A stretch of DNA of 45,575 bases from Trichomonas gallinae (taxonomy: Eukaryota). Below are positions 21,339 to 32,179 of this stretch, piece after piece. The notes below the pieces were generated by a model that had not been told where the DNA came from, ran no database searches, and worked only from the letters and a program-made list of their open reading frames with translations. Within the stretch, counting starts at the first letter, position 1; every line of letters starts with the position of its first letter. The stretch lies in NCBI GenBank assembly GCA_008369845.1, contig MRSU01003010.1:1-45575 (forward strand), in the 5' to 3' direction. The translations under genes were made by a program, and so were the position numbers.

Positions 21339-22787
21339 ATGATTATAGACTCTGTCATTCAGGCCTACGAGAGACTTATCGATTCATCATCCATACACGA
21401 CTACAAGATGCCGCAGTTCACCCAGGATGAAATCAAGGAGGTCTGCCAAAATGCTGTCGATGTATTAAACACACAACCGACAATTTTGAAAATTAACGAG
21501 CCTGTTATCTTAATTGGCGATATACATGGAAGTTTTGATGACTTAGCTCGCATAATTAAGCTTTTTGGTAAACCTTCCAAGACAAAGTATCTATTTCTGG
21601 GTGATTATGTTGACCGTGGTGAATATTCTGTACCTGTTATACTTTATTTGCTTGCATGCGCATGCAAATACCCAGATAACGTATGGCTTATCCGTGGAAA
21701 TCATGAGTTTTCGCATATTAACAAAGTTTACGGTTTCTTTGACGAAATTATTAATTCAGGTTTTACAGAAATAGTATGGGAATACTTCCAAGAGGTGTTT
21801 TACTATTTGCCTTTAGCTGCAATCGTTATGAATTCAATCTTTTGCGTTCACGGAGGACTTTCTCCTTCTCTCATTAAATTACGCACTCTTGAAGAGCTTC
21901 AGCGCCCAATTCCAAATTACATTAACCTCCCACTCGTTTCAGATCTCGTTTGGTCTGATCCAACCGAAGACAACATAGAATTCGCAGCAAATCAGAGAGG
22001 ATCTGGCGTGCTATTTGGAAATTCATCAGTTGCAAGGTTCCTTGAATCTAACAATCTTCAACTTATCGTTAGAGGTCACCAGTGTAACGCAAATGGCGTT
22101 CACTCGTTCTCAAAGAATCAAGGTGTTACAGTTTTTTCATGCTCTGATTATTCAGGCATCGACAAAAATAAATGCGGCGCTTTGCAGGTCAAATCTCTTA
22201 ACGAAATCAACATTTACAGCCTCACGAAGATGACTGTTGGATTTTCACAGGAGTCTGTCCGTATGATGTTGACTCCAGGACATCTCGGCCTCGATCAATA
22301 TAGAGTGAGAAAATCTAGCGCCACAAATTCATCAAGAGAAGTTGCTAATAACGCTCCTGTTAACAACACAAGTGTCCCTGAAACACAGAAAGTTACTCCA
22401 AAGCTTTCAACTCCGAAACCTCAAAAATCTCAACCGCAAAACACACCAACTCAGCATGAGCCACCGATGCCAGTCATTAACTCGAACTCCGGAGTTAAGC
22501 AATATTCTGTTCCAACAGTGAGATCATCAATGATTTACCCAGTGAGTTATACACCAGGCCACAAGAAGAATATCAGAGTTGGACGCGCACTTTCTGTTGC
22601 AACAGAGCACGGTCTTCCACTCCAAAGAGAGCACACAGCAACAAACATAATCGAAGAGCAAACAAAAGTTATTTCTCCAGCTTCATTAATCAAATTACCG
22701 AAGCGTGCTTTCAGTGTTGAGGACTTTACTAGACGAACAGGTCCAACTACTCCGAAAACATTAATCAGCAAAGATGTCTTTGATTAA
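21339..22787 (+). CDS. PPP-family Ser/Thr protein phosphatase (PP1-like catalytic domain) with disordered C-terminal tail
   Basis: GDIHG, GDYVDRG, RGNHE, HGG, DLVWSDP and RGHQ motifs. ATG 21339 chosen instead of TTG 21237 because Inr TCATT lies at 21323-21327. Confidence 0.93.
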   Translation: MIIDSVIQAYERLIDSSSIHDYKMPQFTQDEIKEVCQNAVDVLNTQPTILKINEPVILIGDIHGSFDDLARIIKLFGKPSKTKYLFLGDYVDRGEYSVPVILYLLACACKYPDNVWLIRGNHEFSHINKVYGFFDEIINSGFTEIVWEYFQEVFYYLPLAAIVMNSIFCVHGGLSPSLIKLRTLEELQRPIPNYINLPLVSDLVWSDPTEDNIEFAANQRGSGVLFGNSSVARFLESNNLQLIVRGHQCNANGVHSFSKNQGVTVFSCSDYSGIDKNKCGALQVKSLNEINIYSLTKMTVGFSQESVRMMLTPGHLGLDQYRVRKSSATNSSREVANNAPVNNTSVPETQKVTPKLSTPKPQKSQPQNTPTQHEPPMPVINSNSGVKQYSVPTVRSSMIYPVSYTPGHKKNIRVGRALSVATEHGLPLQREHTATNIIEEQTKVISPASLIKLPKRAFSVEDFTRRTGPTTPKTLISKDVFD

Positions 22788-23023
22788 GTTTTATTTTAGT
22801 TTTTAGGTATTAATCATTATGTTTATTTTATCTTATTAAACGTGTTTGTATCATTCCAAGGTATGAAAATAATATTAATATTTTTAATATACTTACTAGT
22901 GAATGCAGCAGGTGTCACAAGATGATTTCTGCAATTCATTGGCAAAAGGAATTGAAATCTCATTGAGATTTAGTATTTTTGATTTGTAAAATCACTTACA
23001 CGACATTTTTAGAAAATTATTAA

Positions 23024-23452
23024 TATTTTATAAATTTACCATCAATATTTTTAAAAATAGCTCTTGTTAAAGTTAATGATACTGATACAACGCAAGCAGT
23101 TGTTTCCAACTCGAATATAGAAGCTCTAAAATGCGTACAAGGATTAGATCCAATGTAATATTCAATATCTCAATTCTATGATATATTCAAGATAATTGCA
23201 AACGAAATTGATACTCAAGCTATGCTTTTCGCAATAAAAGAGATTATAATCACAACGGAATATCTTCATGATTATATTTATGGAGTAAATATCGTTAAAT
23301 ACGAGGAAAAAAATTTCAATCTCATTCATCTTATGATCGAATGTGATGTTGAATACATTAATCAAATTTCAACAAATTTTTTGATTGGATCCAACAATAA
23401 TTGTATTTCAAAAGCATTCATGAATGTATTTTCTCAAACTTCCACATTATGA
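23024..23452 (+). pseudogene. Probable decayed gene remnant of unknown family
   Basis: 143-codon frame with one internal TAA (23156-23158) in very AT-rich DNA. TCACT at 22992-22996 lies upstream. No family recognised. Confidence 0.35.
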
Positions 23453-23713
23453 TTTAAACTGAGAAAGCGAACCTATTCCTTCAGACTTTGTTACAGTCAT
23501 AAATTTCAATACCTGGAATAGATGCATCTATTGCAAAAACTGCTCCTAGCGACATTTTTTCTCCAAATAACTAATAACTAATCCCATAGATGACCTTAAT
23601 CATCACTAAATAAAATTGACATTTCAATCTTAGCTTTTTTAAAATTTTGATAATTTTATTGACTATAAAAAGAGTGATAATAAGTTCGTGAACAACCGAC
23701 ATAAAATTTTATT

Positions 23714-24919
23714 TTAAAGCTGCGATAACAGATCTTCCAACATTGAAATTGTTTCTTGATCAGTTGACTTTCTTCCATCCTTTGGAACTGGAGCAGCCTG
23801 TTGTGCTGGGGCCGCCTTAGGGACTTCAACATCCTCCTTTGGCGGTGGCTTTGAGATATGAGCAGATGCGATCGAACAAGTGATCAAGATATATGAGAGT
23901 TTCTCATCAAGGCCGGATGACGGCCAGATCTCTGATAAGTATGTGAAGAACGAAACGACATGAGAAGCGAAGCTATAATCTAAAGTCATAGCAGAGCAAA
24001 TGGCAGGAAGGATATCATCGGCCGCAACATCAGTTCCAGGCAATGACGAGACGACTGCTTCAAAGAATTGCGATACTCTCACAATTTGGTCGCATGGAGA
24101 TTTGAGATGCAAAATTCCGTGAAGATATTTGGCTGCGGAAGCCATCTTCTCTTTATCTGCTTTCGATTGGCTAATATGCTGGAACATATACTTCTGGGCT
24201 GCTGCATCATCGCGAGCAAAAGCTTCGTTGTAAGCCATGACAAACTTGAAATGTGCTTTGGAAGTTATAGCATTGAAGATAAGATAGTTAAGTTTCTGCT
24301 TGGAAAACACCGGGAGAAACTCAATATCCGGAGATTTGAAAATTTCAGTAGCAAGCTGCTCAATTGAGATCTGCATCCTTTGCATGAAGTCCTCTCTGTT
24401 CATTGGCGTGATATTTGTCTTGAAAATAGCATTATCAATGCCTTTGTACAAATTAATAACATTTGGAACATATTCGAATGTTTTCTCAATAAATGTAACA
24501 CTTTTCTCGTAACTTTGATAGCACTCCATAACCTTCCTGTGGAGTGGATGCATTTCGTGGGATAAATCAAATATATCATTATCAATCTCGTGTAAATCAA
24601 AGTTTAAGCCAGACATACTGCTGCAAAATGTTGTAAGTAGAATCGTGACTCTGAATTTCTGTGGAAATCCGGAAATTGGATAAATTGATCCCTTTTCATG
24701 CTTGAGTTTGATGTCAGGATTAGCGTCACATATGAGAATATCCTTGTCTGGATTGACGCTGTAGAAGAGATACTGATTAGTTAAGGTTTGCGGTGCAGGA
24801 TAAGCGTAAGGTGGGCACAAAAACAGGTGATAAAAGCGATTTGGATTGTTAGGAATTGTATCCATGACCTTCCTGAACTTGACAAGTGTTGGATGCTCAT
24901 CCAATGACCAGTTTTGCAT
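23714..24919 (-). CDS. VPS9-domain protein (Rab5-family GEF-like)
   Basis: C-terminal SPCDQI...AADDILPAI...SYILIT matches the VPS9 'ADDLLP' and 'Y.LT' motifs. ATG at 24919 is preceded by AAAGTGAC. Confidence 0.75.
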   Translation of the reverse strand: MQNWSLDEHPTLVKFRKVMDTIPNNPNRFYHLFLCPPYAYPAPQTLTNQYLFYSVNPDKDILICDANPDIKLKHEKGSIYPISGFPQKFRVTILLTTFCSSMSGLNFDLHEIDNDIFDLSHEMHPLHRKVMECYQSYEKSVTFIEKTFEYVPNVINLYKGIDNAIFKTNITPMNREDFMQRMQISIEQLATEIFKSPDIEFLPVFSKQKLNYLIFNAITSKAHFKFVMAYNEAFARDDAAAQKYMFQHISQSKADKEKMASAAKYLHGILHLKSPCDQIVRVSQFFEAVVSSLPGTDVAADDILPAICSAMTLDYSFASHVVSFFTYLSEIWPSSGLDEKLSYILITCSIASAHISKPPPKEDVEVPKAAPAQQAAPVPKDGRKSTDQETISMLEDLLSQL

Positions 24920-24935
24920 TTTGCAGGTAAAAAAT

Positions 24936-24943
24936 GTCACTTT
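24936..24943 (-). promoter_or_regulatory. AAAGTGAC core-promoter motif upstream of the VPS9 gene
   Basis: 16 nt before the ATG. The same octamer occurs near several other starts in this window. Confidence 0.6.
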
Positions 24944-25586
24944 TTCGATAATAGATGAAGTCGGCAGATTTTTGTTTGAACTATCATATTGCTACAGCAA
25001 ACCTATTTACACCTTCTTCTGCCTCTTTGCGACTTATATCTACAACAAATAACATGGTCTGACTACATCACATTTATTTAAATAAAGATGAGAATTCCCA
25101 ATATATTGCTGACAAAATATTTTGATAATTGATAGTGAATTAGCAGACAAAATTGGTAAATATAAAAGGCCAAGTAAATAAGCTAGATGATTGTATAGTA
25201 CATGAAACTATATAATCATTTTTATTCATTCAATAATGATTTATTTTTAATGTGATGATAATAGTCATCATAGAACATATATTTTCAATGTTTATATGAT
25301 GCATAGATAAGTGAATGAGAAATATATCATTACCATTTTGAAATTGATTTTTATCAATTGATGCTGCAATGAAATTTGCTCATAATGGAATTCTTTAATG
25401 GCGACTAAATCAGAGATTTTCAAGTGTTTAATATGTGAAATACCAATATTATTGGAAAACAATTGATGTATAGATTATTTTTGACATTCTGACATGTAAT
25501 TTTGTAAATTATATTGAAAAAATCGATATTTTGACGTGTAAAGATTTTCATGTCAAAAAAATATTTCCTCCACACTGAAGTATATA

Positions 25587-27368
25587 ATGAAAACGAGTAT
25601 GGAGGATAATAGCAAGATATATCTTACAAAAGGCATCCTAGATTTGAGTGGCTCCGAGCATGTTAATTTATATTCGATTGGCAGGCGTCCAACACTCAAA
25701 ATTCTTAATCTTTCTTATACAGACATCAAATCACTCGAAGGCTTGGATGTTCAGCCAAATATCATGCAACTCAACGTCAAAAACTCAAAATTCTCATCTT
25801 TATTAAATTTTTTATCCGTTAAAAACGTTTCGAACATAAATGTAGAAAATACACCTTTTTCCACCAAAGAAAACTATGTTTTACAGCTTGTTGTCGCGTT
25901 TGGAGAGAGTTTACGTTTAATAAACGATAAAACAATCCCTAAAAGCATACTCGCAAAAGCGAAAAAGTATCCTGACATAGTTAGAGAATTGCTTGATAAA
26001 GGATGGGAATTTGTTTATCCTTGCCCAAGCGATTTGGAACTTAAATCAATTGCTGAAATTTTAGGCGTTTCTTCGAGGCAGACTCGCATATCTTATGAAA
26101 AAATAACTGTTCAAGTACCAGCTTCAACTCAAAATCCATTTACAAAGCGAAAATTAGAAATTTTACAACGACAATCTCAAATGTTTATCGAATATGAAAA
26201 GCAATTAGGTATATTAGACAAATGCGGATCATATACTGATAGAATATTAGATCTTCTCGGTTGCGTTGGAATTAAAGCAAATGATCCTGAGCAAATTCTA
26301 CGAGAAGTTAAGAAAATTGTTGCCAAGAATAAGAAACAAACAGAGAAACTGCCATTATCATCAGAAATCCATTCAACACGGCAAAACGACAAATCAAAGC
26401 AATTAACAGCAGAAACAGAAGAGAAAATTCCAATGGAAGAAGAATCATATAATTCTGCAGATATGGATGAAGAAGAATCAGAAAAAGAACAAATAGAAAA
26501 TAATAATTTCGAAGATGATGAGTTTGGAAGTCCAATCAAAATAGGAGATAAGTCTGATACATCTCGCAATACCAAACAATCCAAGAAATCCAAAGAATCT
26601 TTTCAAAAATATTCATTATCATCAGAAACAAGCGATGAAAGTGCGAAATTCCCACCGATTGATAGCAGTCCATTTGAGTATTCTTCATCTGCTCCATCTT
26701 GGACGATAGATAAAAATTATTATCAGCCAATCAATGAATCATCAGTTTCATCTTCATCTAGATACTCAAAACTATCATATTCAAGCAAGTATGGCATAGT
26801 TAGTGAGCCATCATCAGAAACATCATGTTATACTTCAGATTCAATTAGAAAGAAACGTAAAACAGCTCCAATCAAGTCGAAGCACATTGTAGAGAACAAA
26901 TTATACGGATATTGCTCAAGAGAAGAAGCACACTCAATAAATCAGTCAACAATTGCGAAATTAAATCAAAAACGAAAAAGTTCTGCAGCTTCAAGTCCCA
27001 AGACTGATAAGGAATTCATATATTCATATGAGTACGAAACTACATCAAACGGAGCAAAACATAAAAAGAAAGTTTTCTCAAAAAGAAATCAAACAAGCAT
27101 TCCGCGTGTTCAATCAGTTTCTGCTACCGTTAATTCATCTGACACATCCAATACTTCACCACCAATCAGTCCAAAGATGAGATTTGTTTCAGAAATTGAT
27201 TTGGAGCTCACTGACGATAGTGGAACTGTCGAAGGAGACTCACAGTCATCACAAATACCACAGAAGCCGAATTTCTTCTCGGCGGAGGCTTATGCAGGAT
27301 CTGATAGTATCATTTCAAGATCTATCCCTGAAGTTGAAAGCCTTGGAACTATCAGCAGCTCAGATTAA
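25587..27368 (+). CDS. N-terminal leucine-rich-repeat protein with Ser/Glu-rich disordered C-terminus
   Basis: LDLSGS, LKILNLSYTDIKSLEGL, IMQLNVKNSKFSSL and INVENTPF, followed by an LRR-cap-like segment (LRLINDKTI). Confidence 0.8.
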   Translation: MKTSMEDNSKIYLTKGILDLSGSEHVNLYSIGRRPTLKILNLSYTDIKSLEGLDVQPNIMQLNVKNSKFSSLLNFLSVKNVSNINVENTPFSTKENYVLQLVVAFGESLRLINDKTIPKSILAKAKKYPDIVRELLDKGWEFVYPCPSDLELKSIAEILGVSSRQTRISYEKITVQVPASTQNPFTKRKLEILQRQSQMFIEYEKQLGILDKCGSYTDRILDLLGCVGIKANDPEQILREVKKIVAKNKKQTEKLPLSSEIHSTRQNDKSKQLTAETEEKIPMEEESYNSADMDEEESEKEQIENNNFEDDEFGSPIKIGDKSDTSRNTKQSKKSKESFQKYSLSSETSDESAKFPPIDSSPFEYSSSAPSWTIDKNYYQPINESSVSSSSRYSKLSYSSKYGIVSEPSSETSCYTSDSIRKKRKTAPIKSKHIVENKLYGYCSREEAHSINQSTIAKLNQKRKSSAASSPKTDKEFIYSYEYETTSNGAKHKKKVFSKRNQTSIPRVQSVSATVNSSDTSNTSPPISPKMRFVSEIDLELTDDSGTVEGDSQSSQIPQKPNFFSAEAYAGSDSIISRSIPEVESLGTISSSD

Positions 27369-27507
27369 TAATTACATGTTTGTATATTTTATTTACAAAG
27401 TTTTATTTACAGAAATAAATTTGTTTTGTTTTTTTTATCCTATTATATTAAGGATATGGCGTATTTATTAACCATAAATAACATAAACATGCGAAAATAT
27501 GAAAAAA

Positions 27508-28023
27508 TTATGCGAGGATACCAAGATGCTCACCATTGATAGTAGCAGTAGCACTGATACGTTTCTGGTCCTTGTGTGGGACAGCGCTGATGATTCTCAG
27601 ACGGACAATGCTCTTGATGCTGATTGTCTTGTTTCCATCTTTATGTTTGTATGTAAGGGTTTCTGGGTCATAGTCGTAGTCTCTCATTAATTTGGCTGAG
27701 ATGGCAATATTCAAAGGACCAGCATTGGCCATTACAGAGTACTCATTGATACCACTAACTTTTGCATCTATGACCAAGCCTTCATATGGACGAAGAACGA
27801 GTGCTTTAAATTTGACATTATAAGAGGCGCAACCTGTTCTAACAGAGACGCGGCCTTTGCCGATATCAACAATTTTTATGATTTTCAAAATAAGACCTTT
27901 TCCAACCATAAACTGGCCCTCCTTCTGGTTCTTGAGTTGCTTTTCGATTGTCTGGCTAGTACCCTTCGCAAGGAATGTTGGTTCAAGTTTTAATTGGTGT
28001 TCAATCTCAATCTCGAAGAACAT
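27508..28023 (-). CDS. RPB7: RNA polymerase II subunit RPB7
   Basis: MFF...LEPTFL start, IGKGRV...YNVKFKALVLRPYEGLVID, AGPL and ATINGEHLG; 171 aa. ATG at 28023; the GTG at 28029 is part of AAAGTGAC. Confidence 0.9.
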   Translation of the reverse strand: MFFEIEIEHQLKLEPTFLAKGTSQTIEKQLKNQKEGQFMVGKGLILKIIKIVDIGKGRVSVRTGCASYNVKFKALVLRPYEGLVIDAKVSGINEYSVMANAGPLNIAISAKLMRDYDYDPETLTYKHKDGNKTISIKSIVRLRIISAVPHKDQKRISATATINGEHLGILA

Positions 28024-28024
28024 T

Positions 28025-28051
28025 GTCACTTTTTATGAGCTTAGTCACTTT
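28025..28051 (-). promoter_or_regulatory. Tandem AAAGTGAC motifs immediately upstream of RPB7
   Basis: GTCACTTT on the + strand at 28025-28032 and 28044-28051. Confidence 0.65.
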
Positions 28052-28527
28052 TATTTCAATTTAATTGTCTGACAACCGACAACTTTATTTTATTTACATG
28101 TCAAAAATTACTATTGGTAAATTGTTTTTTTTTAATCTCTACTAATGATTTAAAAACTATTAAGTTCAAATACTATATATTATTTTATGTAAGGAATAGT
28201 AATTTATCATCTAAATCTACTCATATCATTTATTATACCTTCAAAACTAAGCATTTCCTAATTAACCTAATTTAAGGTTATTCTGACAAATGTCAAAAAT
28301 TGTAACACAACAAAATTTGCAGAATATACTTTAATTTTGTCGCACGTGGTATATATAGATACAGCTGGATATGACAGACTGTCTAACCATGATTACAGAA
28401 GATAATAATAATGTAGACGGATGTATTTCAAGGATCTTGCCAACCCCTAAATTCTAATAATTTTGAATGATCTTTATCAAAATATTGAAATATTTACAAG
28501 ACCCTAATTTAAAAATCTTTTCAAAAA

Positions 28528-31410
28528 ATGGAGACCAAAAAGTCACTGCTTGAGCTTCTTGCAGAAGAAGAAGACGACGAAGATGATGGCAACTATGTTG
28601 GCTCCGATGTCACAATCGAAGAAGAAGAGATTGGTGAAGAAAAATCTGACGTCGAAACAAACGAAATCACAACACCTGGAGAAGTGGAGCAAATTAACTA
28701 TGAGTTTGATCTCACTATCGATTCTTCTGTCAAGGAAGAAGGTATATTTCAATCAGAAGAGTTCGCAACTAATCAACACACTTTCCGTCTTGGATTCTTC
28801 ACGTTTGATGAAGAGTCTACAGACTTATACATGTTCATTTACCCAAAGGAATTCGAAAATAGTTTTGAATGCTCATTCGAAGTAACAGTTGAGGATGAAA
28901 ATATACAGCCAAATAATTTTTATGGTGTTTTCAAGAAAGATTTCCCAATTGTCAAGTCATCGTCTGCTCTTATGCATGAAATACCAACAGAACCTTTCAA
29001 AATACATTTATCTTTTGCCTATATACCTGGTCCGAATGAATCTCGTAAGTATTTCAATTGTGTCGGCCTGAAAAATGACGGCATGACGTGCTATTTGAAC
29101 TCCCTCACACAAGCTTTGTTCCATATTCGCGGATTCAGAAAAATCGTGTTTGAAATTAACACAGAAAAATCGGAAATTCCTAAAGCTCTTGCTTCACTCT
29201 TCTACAATATGCAGACATCTTCCAAAGCCTGCAGCACCAGACGTCTCACACGCTCATTTGGATGGGATACAGAAGATCTTTTTGCACAGCAAGATGTTCA
29301 AGAGTTAATGAGAATCCTTCTTGATAGACTTGATAGTGTCAGTGATAACTCTGCTTCTAAGATGTTTAAGGGCGTTTTTAAATCATATATTCGCGTTCCA
29401 ACATTAAATTACGAATCATCACACAACGAGGACTTCTACGATCTCAGTCTCGTAGTCAGAGATGTACTAACAATCGAGGAATCTATCAAACAATTCTTCC
29501 AGCCCGATCAAATGACTGGAGCAGATCAATATCAGATGCCAGACAACACCAAGGTCGATGCTCTTAAAGGTTTCGAGCTCATTGAACCACCGACAATCCT
29601 CTGCTTGCATCTCCGCCGCTTTGAATACATTGATGGCGATATGCAAAAAATATCTTCTCGTTTCGAGTTCGGCAAGGACTTAGAATTAGGTGGCATCAAC
29701 TACAAGCTCTGCACAATCATTGCCCACGCTGGCACGTTTTTCGGAGGACATTATTGCGCATTCGTCCACAAAGATAACCGCTGGCTTTGTTTCGACGATG
29801 ATGTCGTCACAGAGATAACAGAAGAAGAGGCCATCGAAGATAAATTCGGAGGAGAAAAACACTCCTTCACAGCTTACGTCCTATTCTACTGCAAGGAGAC
29901 TGAAATGGAGAATTTGATTGACTGTCCAGATCCTGTCATCACGAAAACGGTTTTAGATGATATCCAGCAGCACAAGCAGTACAGGGATGTTTCATACGTG
30001 CGCGAGAAGAACTTTGACGACCCAGAAACGCAGATCCTCAAGGCACAGATACCACGCGAAGGCCCGCTACAAGCTGTCAAAGAAGTTTTTGCAAATCTGA
30101 CAGAAATCGATATAAACGATATTGTTCTTCGCTCAGTTGATTCATTGAACATAGTCAAAGACATTGTGACTGAAGAAGACTTCCAGGTTACTTCGAAGTT
30201 CTTCGTCACAGACAATCCTAATATTCCGATATTCCCGGAATTCTGGGTCCCTGGATATGATATCAAACCCATGGATATCGTTTACGCAGAAAAAGATTCA
30301 CTTGTTGAAGATCTCGCGAAGAAGATATGCGAATTGGCTGGAATAGGCCCATCTACATCATTGAAGTGCTTCTTGTTGGATAATTACGGATCAGCTTCCG
30401 AGTTTGAAATATTGATTGAAGATTCATGCAACTTATTATTTCAAGTTGCAGATTTAACGGACAAAGTCAGCAACGACATTGTTGCCAAAACTCTCGAAAT
30501 GCAAGCATACAATCCACCTGAAGATTCTCCTATCGCAATAATGGGAGAGAATCTTGAGATCAAAGACGCAGCTATGTTCTATGAACTTACAAATGCACTC
30601 GAAGAAGCAACAATAAGACACATAATCAATCACGAAGAAAAAGCGAAGATGCAGCTTCCTCTATTATTACCAATCGACATACTTTTGGCGCTCCTCGCAT
30701 TCAAGTTCAATGTTGAAGCAGACAGGATACTTCTGTTCAAGCCAGGAGATGTCAGAATGTTGAACAAAACAAATCATCCAACTGTCAAAGCAATTTTGGA
30801 GGCCATAGATAGTTTGGATCAACAAGACGTTAATACTATTTGCTATGATGTTGCTCCTGAAAGTACAAAGCTTGTTGACAGATGCGATGTAACAGTCGTT
30901 GATAAAAACGGACTCGAACGGAAGAGATTTGCCATTTATCTGCAAAAGACAGCTCAGTCAAACGAAGATTTGCTTAAAGAGATCGAAAAACTTGTTGATA
31001 ATCCATTTAGATTTTATTATTCTGTTAATGGCTTCCCTCGTGAGCCGGTTATTACTGAGCGTGCCGAGTTCAATCACAGAGCTGTAATCCAAGAAGGATT
31101 CGAGGAACCGCAGGAGGGTGAAGTCGCGCTAAAAATTATACATAGAGATCAGTTGTTAGGTGATGTTGGAAAAATGCCTTTCTTCAAAGTTGTTCCTGAG
31201 GATAAACCGGTACAGGAGCTTTTGAAAGAAATGTCAGAAGAGTACAAACTGACAACACAGTTAATCAAAGGAACAACAATGAGGCCAGAAATTGCAGAGG
31301 CCAACGATCTTCTTGCAAAAGACTGCACGTCAATGAGTATTGCTCTTGTCACAAAGATAAGCCTATCAGTATTGTATGGTGATAACACGGAACTTAGAAT
31401 GAATAAATAA
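28528..31410 (+). CDS. Ubiquitin-specific protease, family C19, USP7-like (MATH-like region plus catalytic domain)
   Basis: Cys box GLKNDGMTCYLNSLTQ, LTRSFGW, QQDVQEL, LHLRRFEY, His box HAG...GGHY, WLCFDD and AYVLFY. Confidence 0.9.
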   Translation: METKKSLLELLAEEEDDEDDGNYVGSDVTIEEEEIGEEKSDVETNEITTPGEVEQINYEFDLTIDSSVKEEGIFQSEEFATNQHTFRLGFFTFDEESTDLYMFIYPKEFENSFECSFEVTVEDENIQPNNFYGVFKKDFPIVKSSSALMHEIPTEPFKIHLSFAYIPGPNESRKYFNCVGLKNDGMTCYLNSLTQALFHIRGFRKIVFEINTEKSEIPKALASLFYNMQTSSKACSTRRLTRSFGWDTEDLFAQQDVQELMRILLDRLDSVSDNSASKMFKGVFKSYIRVPTLNYESSHNEDFYDLSLVVRDVLTIEESIKQFFQPDQMTGADQYQMPDNTKVDALKGFELIEPPTILCLHLRRFEYIDGDMQKISSRFEFGKDLELGGINYKLCTIIAHAGTFFGGHYCAFVHKDNRWLCFDDDVVTEITEEEAIEDKFGGEKHSFTAYVLFYCKETEMENLIDCPDPVITKTVLDDIQQHKQYRDVSYVREKNFDDPETQILKAQIPREGPLQAVKEVFANLTEIDINDIVLRSVDSLNIVKDIVTEEDFQVTSKFFVTDNPNIPIFPEFWVPGYDIKPMDIVYAEKDSLVEDLAKKICELAGIGPSTSLKCFLLDNYGSASEFEILIEDSCNLLFQVADLTDKVSNDIVAKTLEMQAYNPPEDSPIAIMGENLEIKDAAMFYELTNALEEATIRHIINHEEKAKMQLPLLLPIDILLALLAFKFNVEADRILLFKPGDVRMLNKTNHPTVKAILEAIDSLDQQDVNTICYDVAPESTKLVDRCDVTVVDKNGLERKRFAIYLQKTAQSNEDLLKEIEKLVDNPFRFYYSVNGFPREPVITERAEFNHRAVIQEGFEEPQEGEVALKIIHRDQLLGDVGKMPFFKVVPEDKPVQELLKEMSEEYKLTTQLIKGTTMRPEIAEANDLLAKDCTSMSIALVTKISLSVLYGDNTELRMNK

Positions 31411-32179
31411 ATATCTATTTTTTGTATTGTTAAACAGCCCGGATATTTAATTTGTGAATTTTTTTATTTTGAGACTTATATGATCAATAAATTTTTCATT
31501 GAAATGTTTACTAATTTTTATACTAAGGATGTCGCTACTATTGCCGGTTAGTAGTTTACATGACATGTATAATATTTTATTTGCCAAATAATAAATAATT
31601 ATTGTCATGTAAAATAATTTATTCGACAAAAATCGAAAATCTTTGTGAAATTAATATATAAATGTCAGATATCAAAATATCAAAATGATTGCTTTAAATC
31701 TCGTCAAAATTGCTTATAAGATGTTATATGGCTGTTGTTATGAAGCATAATAAACCATATGGCATCAAATCCCCTGTGCCTTTTCGGCAATGATCCAGAG
31801 AATCATATAATGATAAGTTACAAGACTTTGTTTTGTGTTTGAGCAAAGCTAATCATAGCAAAGAGAAGTATGACCAATGACATATCTAATAGTGTAATAA
31901 AATAGCAATAAAATGTTTTCTTTCCGCCTGTAATACTATGGAAAATAAAAAGTTCATTTTACAAAAATTAAGGCCTTTATGAACATTATTTTAAAATTAT
32001 GTCTTATATTTGATATCATATCTATATATAAATTTTTACTTCGATTTTTGTTGAATAATTATGGCCTCATATGATTTTCTTTTTATTCTTGATATTTGGA
32101 ATATTCTATAGCTGTGGATGTTATATTTTTGGTCAAAATCAAAAAATAAGATTGGCAGATCTCTGACACTTTTCCAAAA

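Noticed and set aside
886..28029. GTG/TTG starts in the ORF track (886, 4179, 21237, 24940, 28029)
   Set aside because: Eukaryotic locus. A nearby ATG with an Inr or AAAGTGAC context fits better in each case, and two of the GTGs lie inside the AAAGTGAC motif.
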